This document shows, in pieces, positions 1 through 13,739 of a stretch of DNA of 51,199 bases. The DNA is from Trichinella spiralis (lineage: Eukaryota), in assembly GCF_000181795.1 (NCBI RefSeq), contig NW_003526948.1:1463428-1514626 (forward strand), read 5' to 3'. The notes under the pieces are model-generated. The model made no database searches. It worked only from the letters and a program-made list of their open reading frames with translations, and had not been told where the DNA came from. How positions within the stretch are numbered: position 1 is the first letter of the stretch; every line of letters starts with the position of its first letter. Position numbers and translations under genes: made by a program.

Positions 1-105
1 AGTACAAACAATACAACACTGACCCCAATGCCAGCACGCGCCAAGCTCAGCCAAGATCGGCTAGTCGAACAGCTGCCGCACTTTTGTAATTCTGACCTGT
101 ATTGA
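1..105 (+). CDS. Possible last exon of a gene entering from the left edge (STNNTTLTPMPARAKLSQDRLVEQLPHFCNSDLY*)
   Basis: Frame 1 is open from base 1 to TGA at 103-105. It is GC-richer than its flank and followed by AT-rich UTR-like sequence. No recognisable homology. Confidence 0.35.
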   Translation, partial: STNNTTLTPMPARAKLSQDRLVEQLPHFCNSDLY

Positions 106-385
106 CATCTTTTACTTTTTTTTAAAATATTTATTACTTTATCTAATGTTTTTTTAAATATATTTTTCAAAAAAAAAGCTACATTCCATCCATCCAATTC
201 ATCCACGCATGCACCTATGCATGCATTCATCAATATACGATACATACAGGTAGGTGGAGGAATTGAAATTTATTCAATTTCATTGCATTGCAAAAATCCA
301 CAACTAATCGATCAATCATCTCATATCTCACTTCCCATTGATTGTTAATAATGTAAATCAAACAAAATTAAAATAATAAATAATT

Positions 386-2309
386 TTACGAATAATAAAA
401 TCGCCACTCATTCATCAAATACAAACGCCGACAAACCATGGCCAAAAAAATGGCCATCAACACCGGCAACAGCCAGTCGATGATTCTTTTCCAATCGACA
501 TCTTCAACTGTTCCAGTGGAACCGTCCGTCAGGCCACTGCCCACAACGCCGGTATTCATCATCAGACGCCTGCGCTGACGAAAAGCGTCAAGGCTTTGTG
601 CCCTTTGCCGGGCCAAAACTGCGGCTCTGTCTCTTTCATTATTCTCATCATTGGATTCTGTTACACAAACAATTCAACAAAAGGAAGACAACATGGTTTT
701 TTTTACACGAGCAACTAACTGAATTTCTGCTCAATTTACACAAATCTATCCGCATAATTTAATTACAGTGGAAGGAATACTGTAGCAGATGGAGTTAATT
801 ATTCATCAATTTATAATTGACCAATCTTGCAAATCCCATTCCAAAACAGTTATACATGCATATAAATTTTACAAAAATTCAAAAAATATATATATTATTT
901 GATATTATAATAAAATTCATAAACAACACTGCATACCGGTTTGTTCGTTATTGTCTGTCGCCACTTCGGTACGTTGATTTGGTGGATTATTCTCTTCTTC
1001 AGCATTTGCAGTATTCGACGTTCTGTCGTCATTTGCCACACTGTCCATCACTTCACTCGACGCCTGGAGTAAATTGAAATATGTAAAGCAGAAAATATGA
1101 ACGAACACAAACAAATGTGCACAATTCGACGATTATCAGAGCAATATTCAAATCAAACAACAGTAACCGCACGATGAACAAATATTACATCATTTTACCA
1201 TTATCACGAAATGTTTTTAAAAAATTTTGGTTTTTTAAATTCAACATTGAAAAATGATATCTAATAAATCGACATTTTTCACTGCAAACACCCAAATTAG
1301 AATAATTCCATACTTTGAAAGCGAACAATTGTGCATATTTCTTAGCTTCATTTGCCACATCGACGGATGTAACAGTGACCGGTGGCAAAGCGTCTTTCAT
1401 CACCAAATCACAAGTTGAACAGTAAAATTCAAGAGATCTACAAAAAATTAAATATAAAAAAACAATTCTGATTAATAATTTATTTATACTGAATAAAAAA
1501 TATACAATTTTACTTTTTAGCAAGTTCACGCCTTTCATCTTTGGAAAAATCAAGCGAACCGATCGCTCCTTCGCCCGGTGTCGGCATGAAACCGACAATC
1601 GCAAGCAGAACAGTTCTTACTAAATATACAAAAAAAAGAAAATCCCTTTTCCTGACTATGCATCACTTGTAAAATTAAACATCCCAACACTCACGAGACC
1701 AACAAGGTTGCCAATATTCCGGATGATGATCAGTTATACTCAAACAAATTTTTGTGGAAGTTTCAAATCTGCCATTCGGCTTGAAATTTTTTCAAATTCA
1801 AAAAATACAAAATCACACAATACTCTATAAAAGCATACTGTCAAAAACATAACGCTCGGCGGTTTCATCGGATAATCTTGTGGAAGTATGATGCGACCAT
1901 GGTAAATTCCCCCTTGGAATTCTGTATCATCCGGACCTCTGATGGAAAAGTGCCAATCAAATAAGTTGTCCTGAATTGAACTTGAAATTAATTATCCAAA
2001 GCTACAATTCATTCTAAATACCTGAACTGGATAAGCTAAGAAAAATTCATTTGAACGTCGCAACTCTTCCGCTTCTCGCATCAATCGCTTTACAGCTGAA
2101 ATATAAAATAATCGTAAGAAAAAAAAATTTTTGTTTCGCTTCCAATTTATCCATCACCAATTTCACCGATACCTCAATATAGAAATTATAATAAACAAAT
2201 AAAAGACATAAACGGCAGAGCAGCTTTTAATTGCAAGCATTATTTTATAGGAACAATTTAACTGATGCATGACATTACCAGGATTTCGAGTGTTGTACGA
2301 ATTTTCCAT
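386..2309 (-). CDS. UBE2J1: Ubiquitin-conjugating enzyme E2 J1 (Ubc6-type, ER tail-anchored), about 8 exons
   Basis: Spliced translation: MENSYNTRNP|AVKRLMREAEELRR..YPVQ|DNLFDWHFSIRGPDDTEFQGGIYHGRIILPQDYPMKPPSVMFLT|PNGRFETSTKICLSITDHHPEYWQPCWS|LRTVLLAIVGFMPTPGEGAIGSLDF... This matches the UBE2J1 pattern, including the catalytic Cys in ICLS. A C-terminal TM segment follows (IIDWLLPVLMAIFLAMVCRRL). GT-AG junctions. Confidence 0.93.
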
Positions 2310-5300
2310 TCTATTGGCAATTATCTAAATGCAAACAACAGTGAACAATATTTTTTTATCCATTATTAAGTAATAAATTCAATGTTGCAACGCAAACACT
2401 CATTATTAATTGCTCATTCACATTGTACACTGAAAAAGATGATGGTTGCATCTGAAAAATTAAACTAAATATGCTAGTTAAAAAATTTAAATATAAATTC
2501 ATAGCACTAATTTATGAGGAAAATATGACCAGAAGAGAAATTTTCATAATAATTCAATCATAAACATTGAGCAGGCATTGGGAAATTGAGAATGAAAGAC
2601 GTGCAGTAGAACAAGCAGCAAACAATCGCAAAGCTCAGCATAACAATAATTAGTCGATAAATTATAAACAAACAATCAAATGAAATGAAATTTATTTTGC
2701 AGCAAAATATAAAAAGTGACTAACAACGCAAAAATCACTAAACATTAAAATTACAAAATAGAAGCAAACAATTTACCAAGCTGTCAGTTGCAGCAGAACG
2801 GTTTTATATTACATTGTGTGAATGCAACGTGTACAATTGAAATTAAATATGCCTTACATACAGGTGGAAAATCAAAACAGAACGGTATCATTACAAGTAC
2901 TGTATATTTAATCACCTGTAAAAGCATTTTCGTACTTTATACAATTCATCGTATTTTATATACGCATAATTTTCATCATTTTACCATTTAATTGAAGAAC
3001 AGTAAAATAATATTCTTAAAGAATATCTATTTGTTACAGTATTTAGAATAAAAGTAAGATTTAATTCAATATTAAATGCTTGTTCAAGGTTATAAATACA
3101 AATATATGCTCTCCTATTTGCGGTAAAAAGTTCACATTGCTTGAAACACCATGTTAAGCTAACAACATTTCAATTGTAACATGCTCTTCAGTTTATGATT
3201 TGATTGCATTGAATACAAACTTTTACAGTTTTAATGAAAATTAAAGCTCAGCGCTATAAAAGTAATTGCCATGAATTGTTTCTTTGAATTAATGAAAACC
3301 GTGTATTTTGATATGAAATTTTTGACGAAAAACTCAACTGTATCGATCTACTGATGAATGTGATATATTGAACTGCCGCATCTGACAAAGCAGTTTTATT
3401 GTTTTTATCTTCAGAATGATTTTTGTTTTACTTAACCAAGTTAAGAATGAAATTTTTGGTATTTTTTTTGATAGTTGTTGTGCAAACAATAAATAAGTGT
3501 TGAAAATTGGAAAGAAAACAAAAATAGATGCAAAGTGATTCAGTTAGTGAAAACATTTGAAGCAAACGTTACAATGCTGACAAGAACAATCACTTGGTGA
3601 GAAAAAATCGAAACATCATCGATTCACTTTATGCAAACAACTACTGAGCAAGCAACAATTTTTTCTCAACATTTAGCATTTGTTGCAATTCATTAAAACT
3701 TTCCTTTATAAATAGTTCTATAATAAATGAGGTTCTTTGCAAAAATTTAAAAATACAATTTCAAATGTCGTTTTCTTCTTCTTATTATTATTAAATATAT
3801 TCATTTTATTCGTATTTTATAGTACAATATTCCTTTCTACAACTATTATTATCAGAAACTTTTAATTATGAATAAAATACTTCATTCTACTAGCACATTG
3901 CAATAAATAATATCGACAGATAAAATTTCTACAACGGTGGAGAAGGCATAATCGAATAATAAATAATACGAGACAACTTGCAATTTGGAAACATTACTGT
4001 AGAAAAAAATAATGTCACGTACAATAAAAACGGTAGTTGAGGCGGGAAAATATGGCAAAAACTGGAAAAACCGGTTTTGCCTTTAAATACAGTATTCATT
4101 GTTGTATTGTCTGTGCACTTGTGCAGTGTCTGCGTATTATTTTTCGCTGAATAATTCAAAAATTTTGATAATCTGAACAGTCAGATTTTTTGAATTACAA
4201 TGCAAAAAGACGAATTATCATAAGATATTACAATAGCAACATCCATCTTCAAGTAAAATGATATATTTTGAAGTGTTGTTGTAATGTTATCGTCAACAGG
4301 CGATACAAATGAATGAAAAACATTGCCCGGATGTTGGTGGTGGTGGAAATTGACTTGCTTCGTTAATTCTATGCAATAAAATTTCATGAAATCAAGTAGT
4401 GACACGTGGAAATTATGAACAATCACTGACGCATTTGCAGAAGAAATGTGCTGCCGATATCGACTTTGTGCTTTAAGTGTCGGGTTTCATCAGCACCGTT
4501 GGTCAAAGCAATTGCGTCATTGAATCATATTCCGCTTGTTATGATTCTTCTTCATTGAATCTAATTCAATGAATGATCTTATCACACATTGCCAGCCAAG
4601 CAGTTTTATCGTGAACAACTGCAGCTTGGATTAAACTGATGCAACATGTGAACAGCAGCACCCAAATTTCCTCCTCCCAATCTTGCATTTATTCATTTGT
4701 ACAATTTACAAATAGAAGATTTAAACTACACTTCACCGGATAATTGTCTTTTGATTTGTTTTGCTTTCTAGAAAATAAAATTTATTTCAACAATAAATAA
4801 CATTTGAACACAGCTTGTTTATTTATATGGATTATAAAACACCATTTAATGGATAATTTTTTGTTTGTTGTTGTCAACTTTGAGAAGAAATATTAACTCT
4901 CACTGGTACAAGCTATAATTCATCATCATCATCATCGTTGCATCAAATTTGCATCATCAACCTTCCGCATCATGCCTTATCTGATCTTCACGATGGGTAA
5001 GTTTTGTTTTATTTTGCTTAATTTTATCAAATTGACAAATTTATCTTTCTCACAACGCTTCAGATGTTTATCCTCATTTTTCTACATGAAAGTCTCAATT
5101 TAAATTTTGAATACAAATCACTTTAGCAAAAAATATTTTTTCCACTTTATAACTTTTATAATTTCAGTGACACAGCAAGCTCCAAATCCGGATTGTAATT
5201 AAGAAGTTAAGCAACAGTTTCAGCAAATATGCATTTAGCTCTTTTTATATTCAATTGAATAGTTTCATTGTTGAATGTTTGTTTGAATTTTGATTATGAT

Positions 5301-8300
5301 TTTTTTAACCCGAATCATTGTCATTGCTGAGAAATGAATTTCATTTTCCATCAACCTATTGAAAATCCCATTATTGAAAAGTAAATTGTGCTGGTCAATT
5401 CTTTACAAATAGAGTAAATAATATTATTATATTTAAAAATATGGAATAAACCAGTGTCGATTATAGCATAAATTATGATATAGATTTTATAATATTGAAA
5501 CGTGCTATCGACTGCAGAGCAATTTTTCTTCAATTCAAATGTCTGCTGAGTGAGTGAAAATACTGGGATTTATGAAGAGCTTAGTTTACTTGAATCAACA
5601 ATGCAAAGCTAATCATTTGACGCAAACAATCTTCGCTTCAAATGATCATATCAATTTGTTTATTTATGTCAGAAAATTGACGTAATTTTAATCAGATCTC
5701 AAAATGAGAACTTCCACTTTCTTTTAAATTCCTTGTTTCTGTTTTTCTGTAAAATTGAATTTTGTACTAATATTAGTCTTTTGCATTTGATATTTTCAAA
5801 CTTTTGAAAATGTAATGGAAAATGATAACAATAACAATAATAATAATAATAATGCAAAATGAAACTTTTAAATGGTTAAGAAATTTTATCATATCGCTTC
5901 TAATGAACATTAATTATATGCATTTGTTGTTCCAAGAGATCGCATCAAAAATAACTTGGTAAAAACAAACTTGTTATGCTTTTTTACCCTCATTTGTTAT
6001 ATACTTCTACAAGTCATTCTTCAGGTAATTCAAACAACTTTCAGCAGGTATTTTCAATATTGCATATTAAGGAAACAATTGTTTTATATCAGTGCAATCA
6101 AAATTATATAATTAATTTTTATTTATTATTCATATTTTTTTTTAAATTTTTACTGAATGATATGAAACTTTTTCAACAATTACTTTCGAAAATGAATTTT
6201 TCCTCAGCATGAAGAAGGGGGATTGTTATAAATATTTCAACGTGTTATCTGATCAATGATAAACTTCGTCTTATCATTGGCAATCGTGAAAATAAATTTC
6301 TACAATGCAAACTGATTTTGAAACAATGCTTTATTGATAAACTGCAAAAGTTATATGATTATTAAGTTTATTAATTTCCAAAGTGTACTTTATGCAGAAA
6401 TATTTCAAAATATGATGATTGATGTTTTGTGACATTTTTAAATTGAAAAACACATCGAAGAAGAATAACAAGTGCTCGCGATTTATTTTTGCTTTTAAAG
6501 CAACTAGGGGCAAAATTCTCAGTTGGCAACGACACTTGAAAGACCAAATCGAAGTGCAAATGCGCATGATCCATATGCTAATGTTCATTTTGTTCAGTTT
6601 TGTTTGATATTTTTTTTACATAACCGCCAAAAGCTGTTCATCATTTATGGACGCTTAAAATTGATCAGCAGTCGTGGTTGTCGTCCAGTGTTCTTTAACA
6701 AATTCATAAAGCATAATTTTAATAAACTTTATTCATCTTATTGATGAGATGATCTTTCTTCTATTCGACGAAGCAAAGCAAATTTAAATCCATTTCTGCA
6801 AATTGCGCATTCTTTTGCAAATCACAATTAGTTCTGCTCATCTTGCAGCTTTAAAATAACTTCTAAGTCAATAAAAATTTTCCTAGTGAAAATATTGCAT
6901 TTTATTAAAATAACCAGATGAAAATTTCAACTACTGTTTGACAATAATAATAAATATTATTATAGTCCAACTTACATTAACCACTACTACCAATTTGATA
7001 TTGTGAATGCACAGAAAAAATTTTTAATCAATTCTGCGTGATAAGAAATTATAAAAATATTCGAAAAATATTTATTAAATTCCATTTTAGATATAATATT
7101 CAATGGTGAAATAAAAATTTTCCAGCTTTGCTTACATACTTTTTATTTTGAATTTAAATAAAACTTGCAGTTTATTTAAAGTTTATTAAACATTTATACT
7201 TTTGCACAACAAACTCGAGTACAGTTAATATAGATTAAAGATGCTTTCATACTGAATTTTATTCCTCAACCAATACCACTGTTGAACAGATCATATTTTG
7301 TTCATTCAAACAATATTCAAAGTCTCTTTCTGTGATCATACTGTAGAATTATGCATGCATATTTTGAAAATTTGAAATTAATACAATTGAAACTTTTCAA
7401 TAAATTCAATATTATTGTTAAATATTTCAAACATTTTAAAATATTCATTTGGTGATATATTGTTTAAATTATTGAAAAAAAAGTAGCAGTTGCTTTTAAA
7501 AATTTTAAGCGAATGTTACAAATATTCTGTTTTTTTTTAATGGAACTGCTTTGTAAAAGTAAAAATATTTTTTCAAGCGATTCATTTTTTGCTGTAAATA
7601 TAACATTCTTATCAACAACTGCTTTTTCATCATCGAAGCAGTTATCCAACTGCAAATGATGTCACAAATGCTTTGTATGTATCTTTGATGTTTTCATTTT
7701 ATTTTGAATTTGGCTAAAGTTACACAACTGGGATGTCACTTTTTGTTCTGAAGTGCCAAATTCATAACTACAGTATGTTCAGGCAGAATATTTGCATGGG
7801 CAAATTTTGGCTTTGATTTTTCGAACTGTTCACTGCTGATGACTGTTGTTTTCAGATGATGAAACACTGTTTTCAAAATATGTAAAGATTTTCCGATTCA
7901 TTTTAGCTTCTTGTCAAAAGCAATAACGTTGATGAAACAAAAAAAAATCATCCTGCAATGGGAGCGCTAACTGATTGTTCATTTTTTTTTAATATTAAAG
8001 GATTTTTATTTAAATTTTCACTCCAACTTTGAATTATTAGTTCACGCGTCATCTATCATTCAAGTATATACTTGAAGGCGTCTAAAATATTTTCATAAAA
8101 GTGCATTAAACTACTTTTCTTTTTCTTTTAAGAGCAGTTTGAGCTTTTCAGTTCTTTCTGATAATTGTATTTTATAAAAGCAAGTAAAAAACTTTGCATA
8201 TTGTTAAGTTGTCGAGCCATTATCATCAATTATTGCGTATTGGTGGTATTTTTCCATGTCGATTGGTATCTTTAGTACTTATTATTTTTAGATATTCTTT

Positions 8301-11300
8301 TTTTCTCTCGAAAGTATTTGAATAAGAAGAAAGCATATTTTGAAACATGAAAAAATGAATGACTTGTCACTTGAGAAGTTTTCTTGCTTGGATGTTGTGT
8401 TTGTTCAGGGTTCTGGGGTAAACAGCGCGCATTAAATTGACAAAAATAGCATTGATCAAATTCACAACAGAATGATGCAAATGAACAACAAACACTTTTT
8501 CCAAGTATTGCCAAATTCATCATCTATTCGAAAAATATTGAACTTATTTTTTTAATATTCAACTCTGAACAAGAAGTTCATAAATTTGCATTAAACAATT
8601 ACGCGAGATGTGTTGTTCAAAACAGAAAACTTTATTCTAATTTCAAAAACAAAACTAATTCAGTACAATCCTAACGATTGTTCTTTATTATCAAATTTCA
8701 AATTTTCCACTGTTATCGTATTTCAGTCAAAACAAAAAGGTCAAACTGTCTGTCTGTCTGTCTGTCTGTCTAATTTGACAATTGTTTATGGTCATTTGAA
8801 AAAAAAGTTTTTTTTTCTTTTTCCATCAAAAGAAGCCAACGTTAAGCGTTTTCTAATAGAGCAAGCACTTTTGCACTTTTTGATGAGCATTTTTATAAAA
8901 CAAGTTTTAAAATTGATTAAATTTTCACATAAATATTGCTTTCTGAATGAGACGATTTTGTGTGTGTAGAAAAATCATTTACAATGATTGTAATTTGAAT
9001 TTAATGTTCATGAAGAGACAAATAAATCAATATATAGTAAGTTGATTGAAAGATTCAATGACTATCAAAAGTGACCAACCGAAGAAAGAACGGAACTGCT
9101 TGGCTTTATCGTTTCAAAGTGCTTCATCTGTATGTATTTGTAATAATGATGAATTGAATTGAGTTGAATAAACAATTAAAAATCACTTTTCAACTCGGAA
9201 AATGATGTTTTTTTCGTTTTGTTAATGCAAAGCTTTCAAAGATGAATCACCGATTCCTGGACAACAACGATTTATATGTTTTGCATAATTTTATTCTAAT
9301 TAAATTTTTTTCACAGCTGGATGTAAGAACTTCACATTTCTTTTTTTTAAGGAATTTATCCACCTATTTTCATTCTTATGTTTTCCATTTTGACTCTAGT
9401 CTCCTTTTCTCTAGAGAACAGCAAAACTATTTTCTCTACCTCCTCAGGGAAGCCGTAGTTTTGGAAGCGGCTGCGCAATGCTCGATTGACAGCTGTCAAC
9501 GGCATTTCTTAGGTTCTTGTTCTTTGAACGTCATTCTGATCAAGCCTGATGCCAACGCTGCTTTGGACATCCATTTAGAATTTTCCTTTTCCTGCTCCAT
9601 GCAATATTATTTGTATAACCATGCATTTGAAGTTCAATTCAACTTCCAATCTACACGCCCTGCTTCCGCTGCTGCACAATCAAATTCAGGTATGATCAAA
9701 ATTATTTTCTACTTTGGGAATCTTTTGCGGAATTTAAACGGATATTATTAATTATTATATTGTATATTTTCTTCTGCACTATTCTGTGCATCTAATTCAT
9801 TTCATTTCGAGTTGAATATTATGAGTGAATCTTTTCTTATCTAGATTATGCATGCGTTCAGTCATTTCTCAACTCTAGCTATACTGAAATGTAAGCTTTC
9901 AACAATACAATGATAAATTTTATACGATTGATTGATTAACCTTTTTTTCATAAATTATTAATTTATAAACAGTCTATTCTGTGTATATAAGTGATTGCCA
10001 GAACAATGTGGAAAAAAATTTTCAAATTCACCGAAAGTTCTATTCAATAAATACAAAACTTGTTTGACTACCTGTATTTTACTTTCTTACTGTCATTTTC
10101 ACCCATATTTTGACATTGACTTTTGTTTTCGTTCTTTTGTAAATTTTACATTTACGCAAATTAACCAATTTGCCAACCAATCAATCATATTTTTTTTATA
10201 TTGAACGATTAGCATCATCATTTTAATAGTTAAGATTAGACAGTTCATTTTTACAAATTTAAAATGAAATTTTAATGTAAAATTGTGTATTCATTTTGTA
10301 TTTTTATTTTGGCGAATCCGCTACTCCCCCCCTCCCCACCAGAAAAAAAGATTTTGCATCAAGCAATGCTTGATGATAATTTAGGCGATGATTTGAAAAG
10401 CGACTTGTTTCCAGTAATATTTGTTCATAGAAAGATTTCAAACTATGCAAACAGGTGTGTTTTTGCAGGGCAAAGCATGTTAGACATCCCATGCACAGTT
10501 GTATTCTTTGGTGGTGGTGAAAATGCACAAACGACACTAAGTCTATTCTTTGATGCTGTTGAGCACAGCTATGTGCGCTTGAAGTGTTTTGTTCTTTGAC
10601 AACAAATTCTTCTCATGGCAATTAATTGTGATTCGCTTCATTTATGAGGTTAAGCAAAATTCAGTTTTAATTGCAGAAAGACGACGATTTTTGCACAGTT
10701 AAGTGGTATGTCAAATTCAAATGGCTTTCGAGTTGTCATTTTTAAACACTTTAAAAATCTGATCAAAATGGAACAGTATGTTTCATCTTTGCAATATTTC
10801 ATTGTTATTTGTAATATCTATATCCGAACCAATGTTATATTTGCTTTCATGCTAATTGATCGTTTTGCTAATGAAAGTTTCTTAATAAAAAGAAGGAGAC
10901 ATGTTCAACTGAAAACTAACCCGTAGCAGTATTAATAAAAGTAAAGTGAATCGTAGTTATGCAAGTGTAAACAATCCATCGGATGGCATTAATCAGAAGA
11001 AAAAATATGGATTTTCTCCATACCGTGGAAAGATGACAGTTTTATGATGATGATCAAATGTAATATTCATGATGATCTTTTTGTTTGTAAGTGAAAATGA
11101 CCAGCTGTTGAATCGCTTCTTAAATTAAGAAATGTTTTCATCTGTCGGTCGTTGTCGTTAAAAATGGGCGTATATATTGTATGAAAAATTAAACAATATT
11201 CAACGATTGTGCTAAAAAAATCGAACACATCAGCGGACGGATAATCATTGCACAATGCGTGGAGAAAAAGAATAATTATAAATAAATTTTAATCGATGCT

Positions 11301-11983
11301 TTAATTACGTTTCAAAATTACCACGTTGACGACAGTAGAGTTTTCTTTTTATGCTACAATTTCAGCAGGCATTATTGACTGGGAGGATTTTTTTTCTTTT
11401 CTTTTTTTAGTTCACATTTGCACCGACTCGTCAATTTGTGACAACCAGCACTCTTAGACCATCAACTAGAGACGCGTAATTAAGCCGACACCAGGAACAA
11501 ATTATCGGTAGTTTCGATGGGTCCACTTGGACATTAGAACAACAATGCGGCATTTGTTTGCAAACTGTTCTGTCTGTTCGACTGCATTCGAACAAAGCAA
11601 TCTCACTTACGGGACAAATAATAAGCTTTGGAAACTGCGGTGAAATTTCGTTCATCAAAAAGGTAAAGAAAAAAAAATTTTTTTTCCTCTTTTCAATTTA
11701 AATGCATTGAAACAAAAAATGAACACCCGATTCAACAGATCGACCCTAGTAGACCTGACCTGGGTTAGCAGTGTTGGAAAATTTGCATAAGGTTTTGATA
11801 GAAAAAAGGAAACAGAAGTAGCATTAAAAAAAAATTTTTTTTGCAACAATAAGTTACAAAAATGTCTAATAGTAAATATACTACTATCGTACAGAAGAGG
11901 ATTTGATGTTCAAGTTCAATTGTTCGTGTAGTTTTTTTCCCTAAAAATGTTGTTCCCATTGTTTGTTTAGAAATTGTTGTCCA

Positions 11984-13516
11984 ATGGGAGGACAGTTGTC
12001 GTTTTTGCCGTCGAAATCGGCAACGCGCGCTTCGGAATCACAACAACTGGGCAGCAGTTGCACAACTTTGGCCGAGTCGAAAGAGCCGACGACGACGGTG
12101 GAGCGGAACGTGCCGATGACCATGTCGTGCATTTTTGCCGACGAAGTGGGACGAACCGAAAGGCGGGGTCGCCACGTTGGAGCTCGGCTGGTGCGACGGT
12201 TGTTCAAGTCGAGGAAGTTGCTAAGACGATGTTTGCCAAGCAAGCAGTTCGAAGGGGGTGGGTTGGGGCTTTCGACCGTCCCGTCAGAACGAGCCAGCGT
12301 TCCGGCAAAGCCGAGCAGTTCGGTCAGCGTGCCAGATTTTGACGCCATTTTCGAAGACGCCGCCCTGCGCCAGCATGGCACGCTGACCATGACCGGTCTC
12401 AGTGATGGTCCTGGACCTGGCCCTGGCCCTGCCTTTACCACTGGTGGTGGTGGTGGTGGTGGTTATGGGAATTCGTCGTCGTCCCTAACGACGAATCAAG
12501 TCGTGGCGACGTTGAACAGCGACAGTAACGGTGGATGTTCGTTGTCGTCGGATGAGGACAATTTTTCCTCTTGCTCGTCGTCGAAAGTTGCGAACAACAG
12601 CAGCGCCAACTGGCGTCGCACGATGTCGCTGAAGGTGACTTTCGACGAGTGCAAGAGCACGTCGACCAGCGACAGTGACAATTCGAGAAAGCCGAGCAAC
12701 GCGTCGACGAACAGTAGTCGCAAAGAGCGACTGTGCAGAGCGACGTCGACTTGCACAGTACGCTGCCCGACGCTGGCGACACCGGTGCGTCGTTGGCTTT
12801 CGACGGCCGACATGGTTTGTGACCAGGAATTTTTGGACCTGATCAACGGTATTTTACCTTTGGAAAACGACCACACATCCAAAGTGGGGGCGGCGGCGGC
12901 GGCAACGACGACGACACCAACAACAACAACAACAACAGCAGCAGCAGCAGCTTTATCCGTACAACGGAGCAGTATCAAACGTTCGTCACGTCGTCTCGAA
13001 TTGCAGCCGCTTCTCAACGCCGCCCAAATCAAACTGATCCGCAACCACTGGAAAGGCATGTACGTGACGATCGGCCCGACGGCCATTGGCAATCACTTGT
13101 TCAATCGGATCGTGTTCAAAAATCCCCACTGGCGCAAATTGTTCATGTCGATACTGATCGACCACCGCACACCGGGATATTTTTCCAAACGACACGCCCG
13201 AGCTATTGGGGTAGTTTTGAATTTTGTCATCAGAAATCTCGAACTACCCGAAACTGTCGGCATACTGTTGAATATGATCGGCCACTGCCATGCCACGTTG
13301 GTCGGTCTCGGCGTCGACGTTGACCTGTGGGACGTGTTTGCCGAAGCGTTGCTCGAATGTTCGCTCGAGTGGGGCGAAAAAAATCGTCGAGTCGACGAAG
13401 TGCGCAAAGCTTGGGCAATAATTATCGCCTTCATAACGGAAAAAATCAAAGCCGGCTACAACGAAGCTCGTAAAGGGATCATTTATCAACAGATCACCGT
13501 CCAAAGGATTATTTGA
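11984..13516 (+). CDS. Nematode-type globin with a long low-complexity N-terminal extension (510 aa, single coding exon); globin domain at about 13009-13470
   Basis: Long GC-rich ORF with ATG at 11984, just after a tttag acceptor ending at 11970. Globin pattern at the C-terminus: A helix LNAAQIKLIRNHW, C2 Pro and CD1 Phe (NPHWRKLF), E7 His (SKRHARAI), F8 His (IGHCHATL), H helix VRKAWAIIIAFITEKIKAGY. The N-terminus MGGQLS fits MGxxxS. Confidence 0.88.
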   Translation: MGGQLSFLPSKSATRASESQQLGSSCTTLAESKEPTTTVERNVPMTMSCIFADEVGRTERRGRHVGARLVRRLFKSRKLLRRCLPSKQFEGGGLGLSTVPSERASVPAKPSSSVSVPDFDAIFEDAALRQHGTLTMTGLSDGPGPGPGPAFTTGGGGGGGYGNSSSSLTTNQVVATLNSDSNGGCSLSSDEDNFSSCSSSKVANNSSANWRRTMSLKVTFDECKSTSTSDSDNSRKPSNASTNSSRKERLCRATSTCTVRCPTLATPVRRWLSTADMVCDQEFLDLINGILPLENDHTSKVGAAAAATTTTPTTTTTTAAAAALSVQRSSIKRSSRRLELQPLLNAAQIKLIRNHWKGMYVTIGPTAIGNHLFNRIVFKNPHWRKLFMSILIDHRTPGYFSKRHARAIGVVLNFVIRNLELPETVGILLNMIGHCHATLVGLGVDVDLWDVFAEALLECSLEWGEKNRRVDEVRKAWAIIIAFITEKIKAGYNEARKGIIYQQITVQRII

Positions 13517-13698
13517 AATGCGATTCGACAATTCGAAACAAATAAATCAACCTTCTCTCCTAAGTCGAACAATTCTTGTCCACTGTTTTTTAATTTTAAC
13601 CAATTTTGCGGCTGACCAAAAACAAATTTAAATTTAAATTTTCAACTACTACTACTACTACTACTACTACTAACAAAAATTGCCTACATAAACTTCCA

Positions 13699-13739
13699 TA
13701 CACACACACACACACACACACACAGACACATACACACAC
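13699..13739. repeat. (CA)n microsatellite
   Basis: Seen directly, with a (CTA)n run just upstream at about 13645-13672. Confidence 0.9.

Noticed and set aside
9242..9751. 169-aa ORF in the gene-free region
   Set aside because: Intron-like Phe/Leu-rich composition at both ends and no recognisable homology on either strand.
11941..13531. Several overlapping minus-strand and alternate-frame ORFs of 62-198 aa
   Set aside because: Shadow ORFs of the GC-rich globin exon, with no recognisable motifs.
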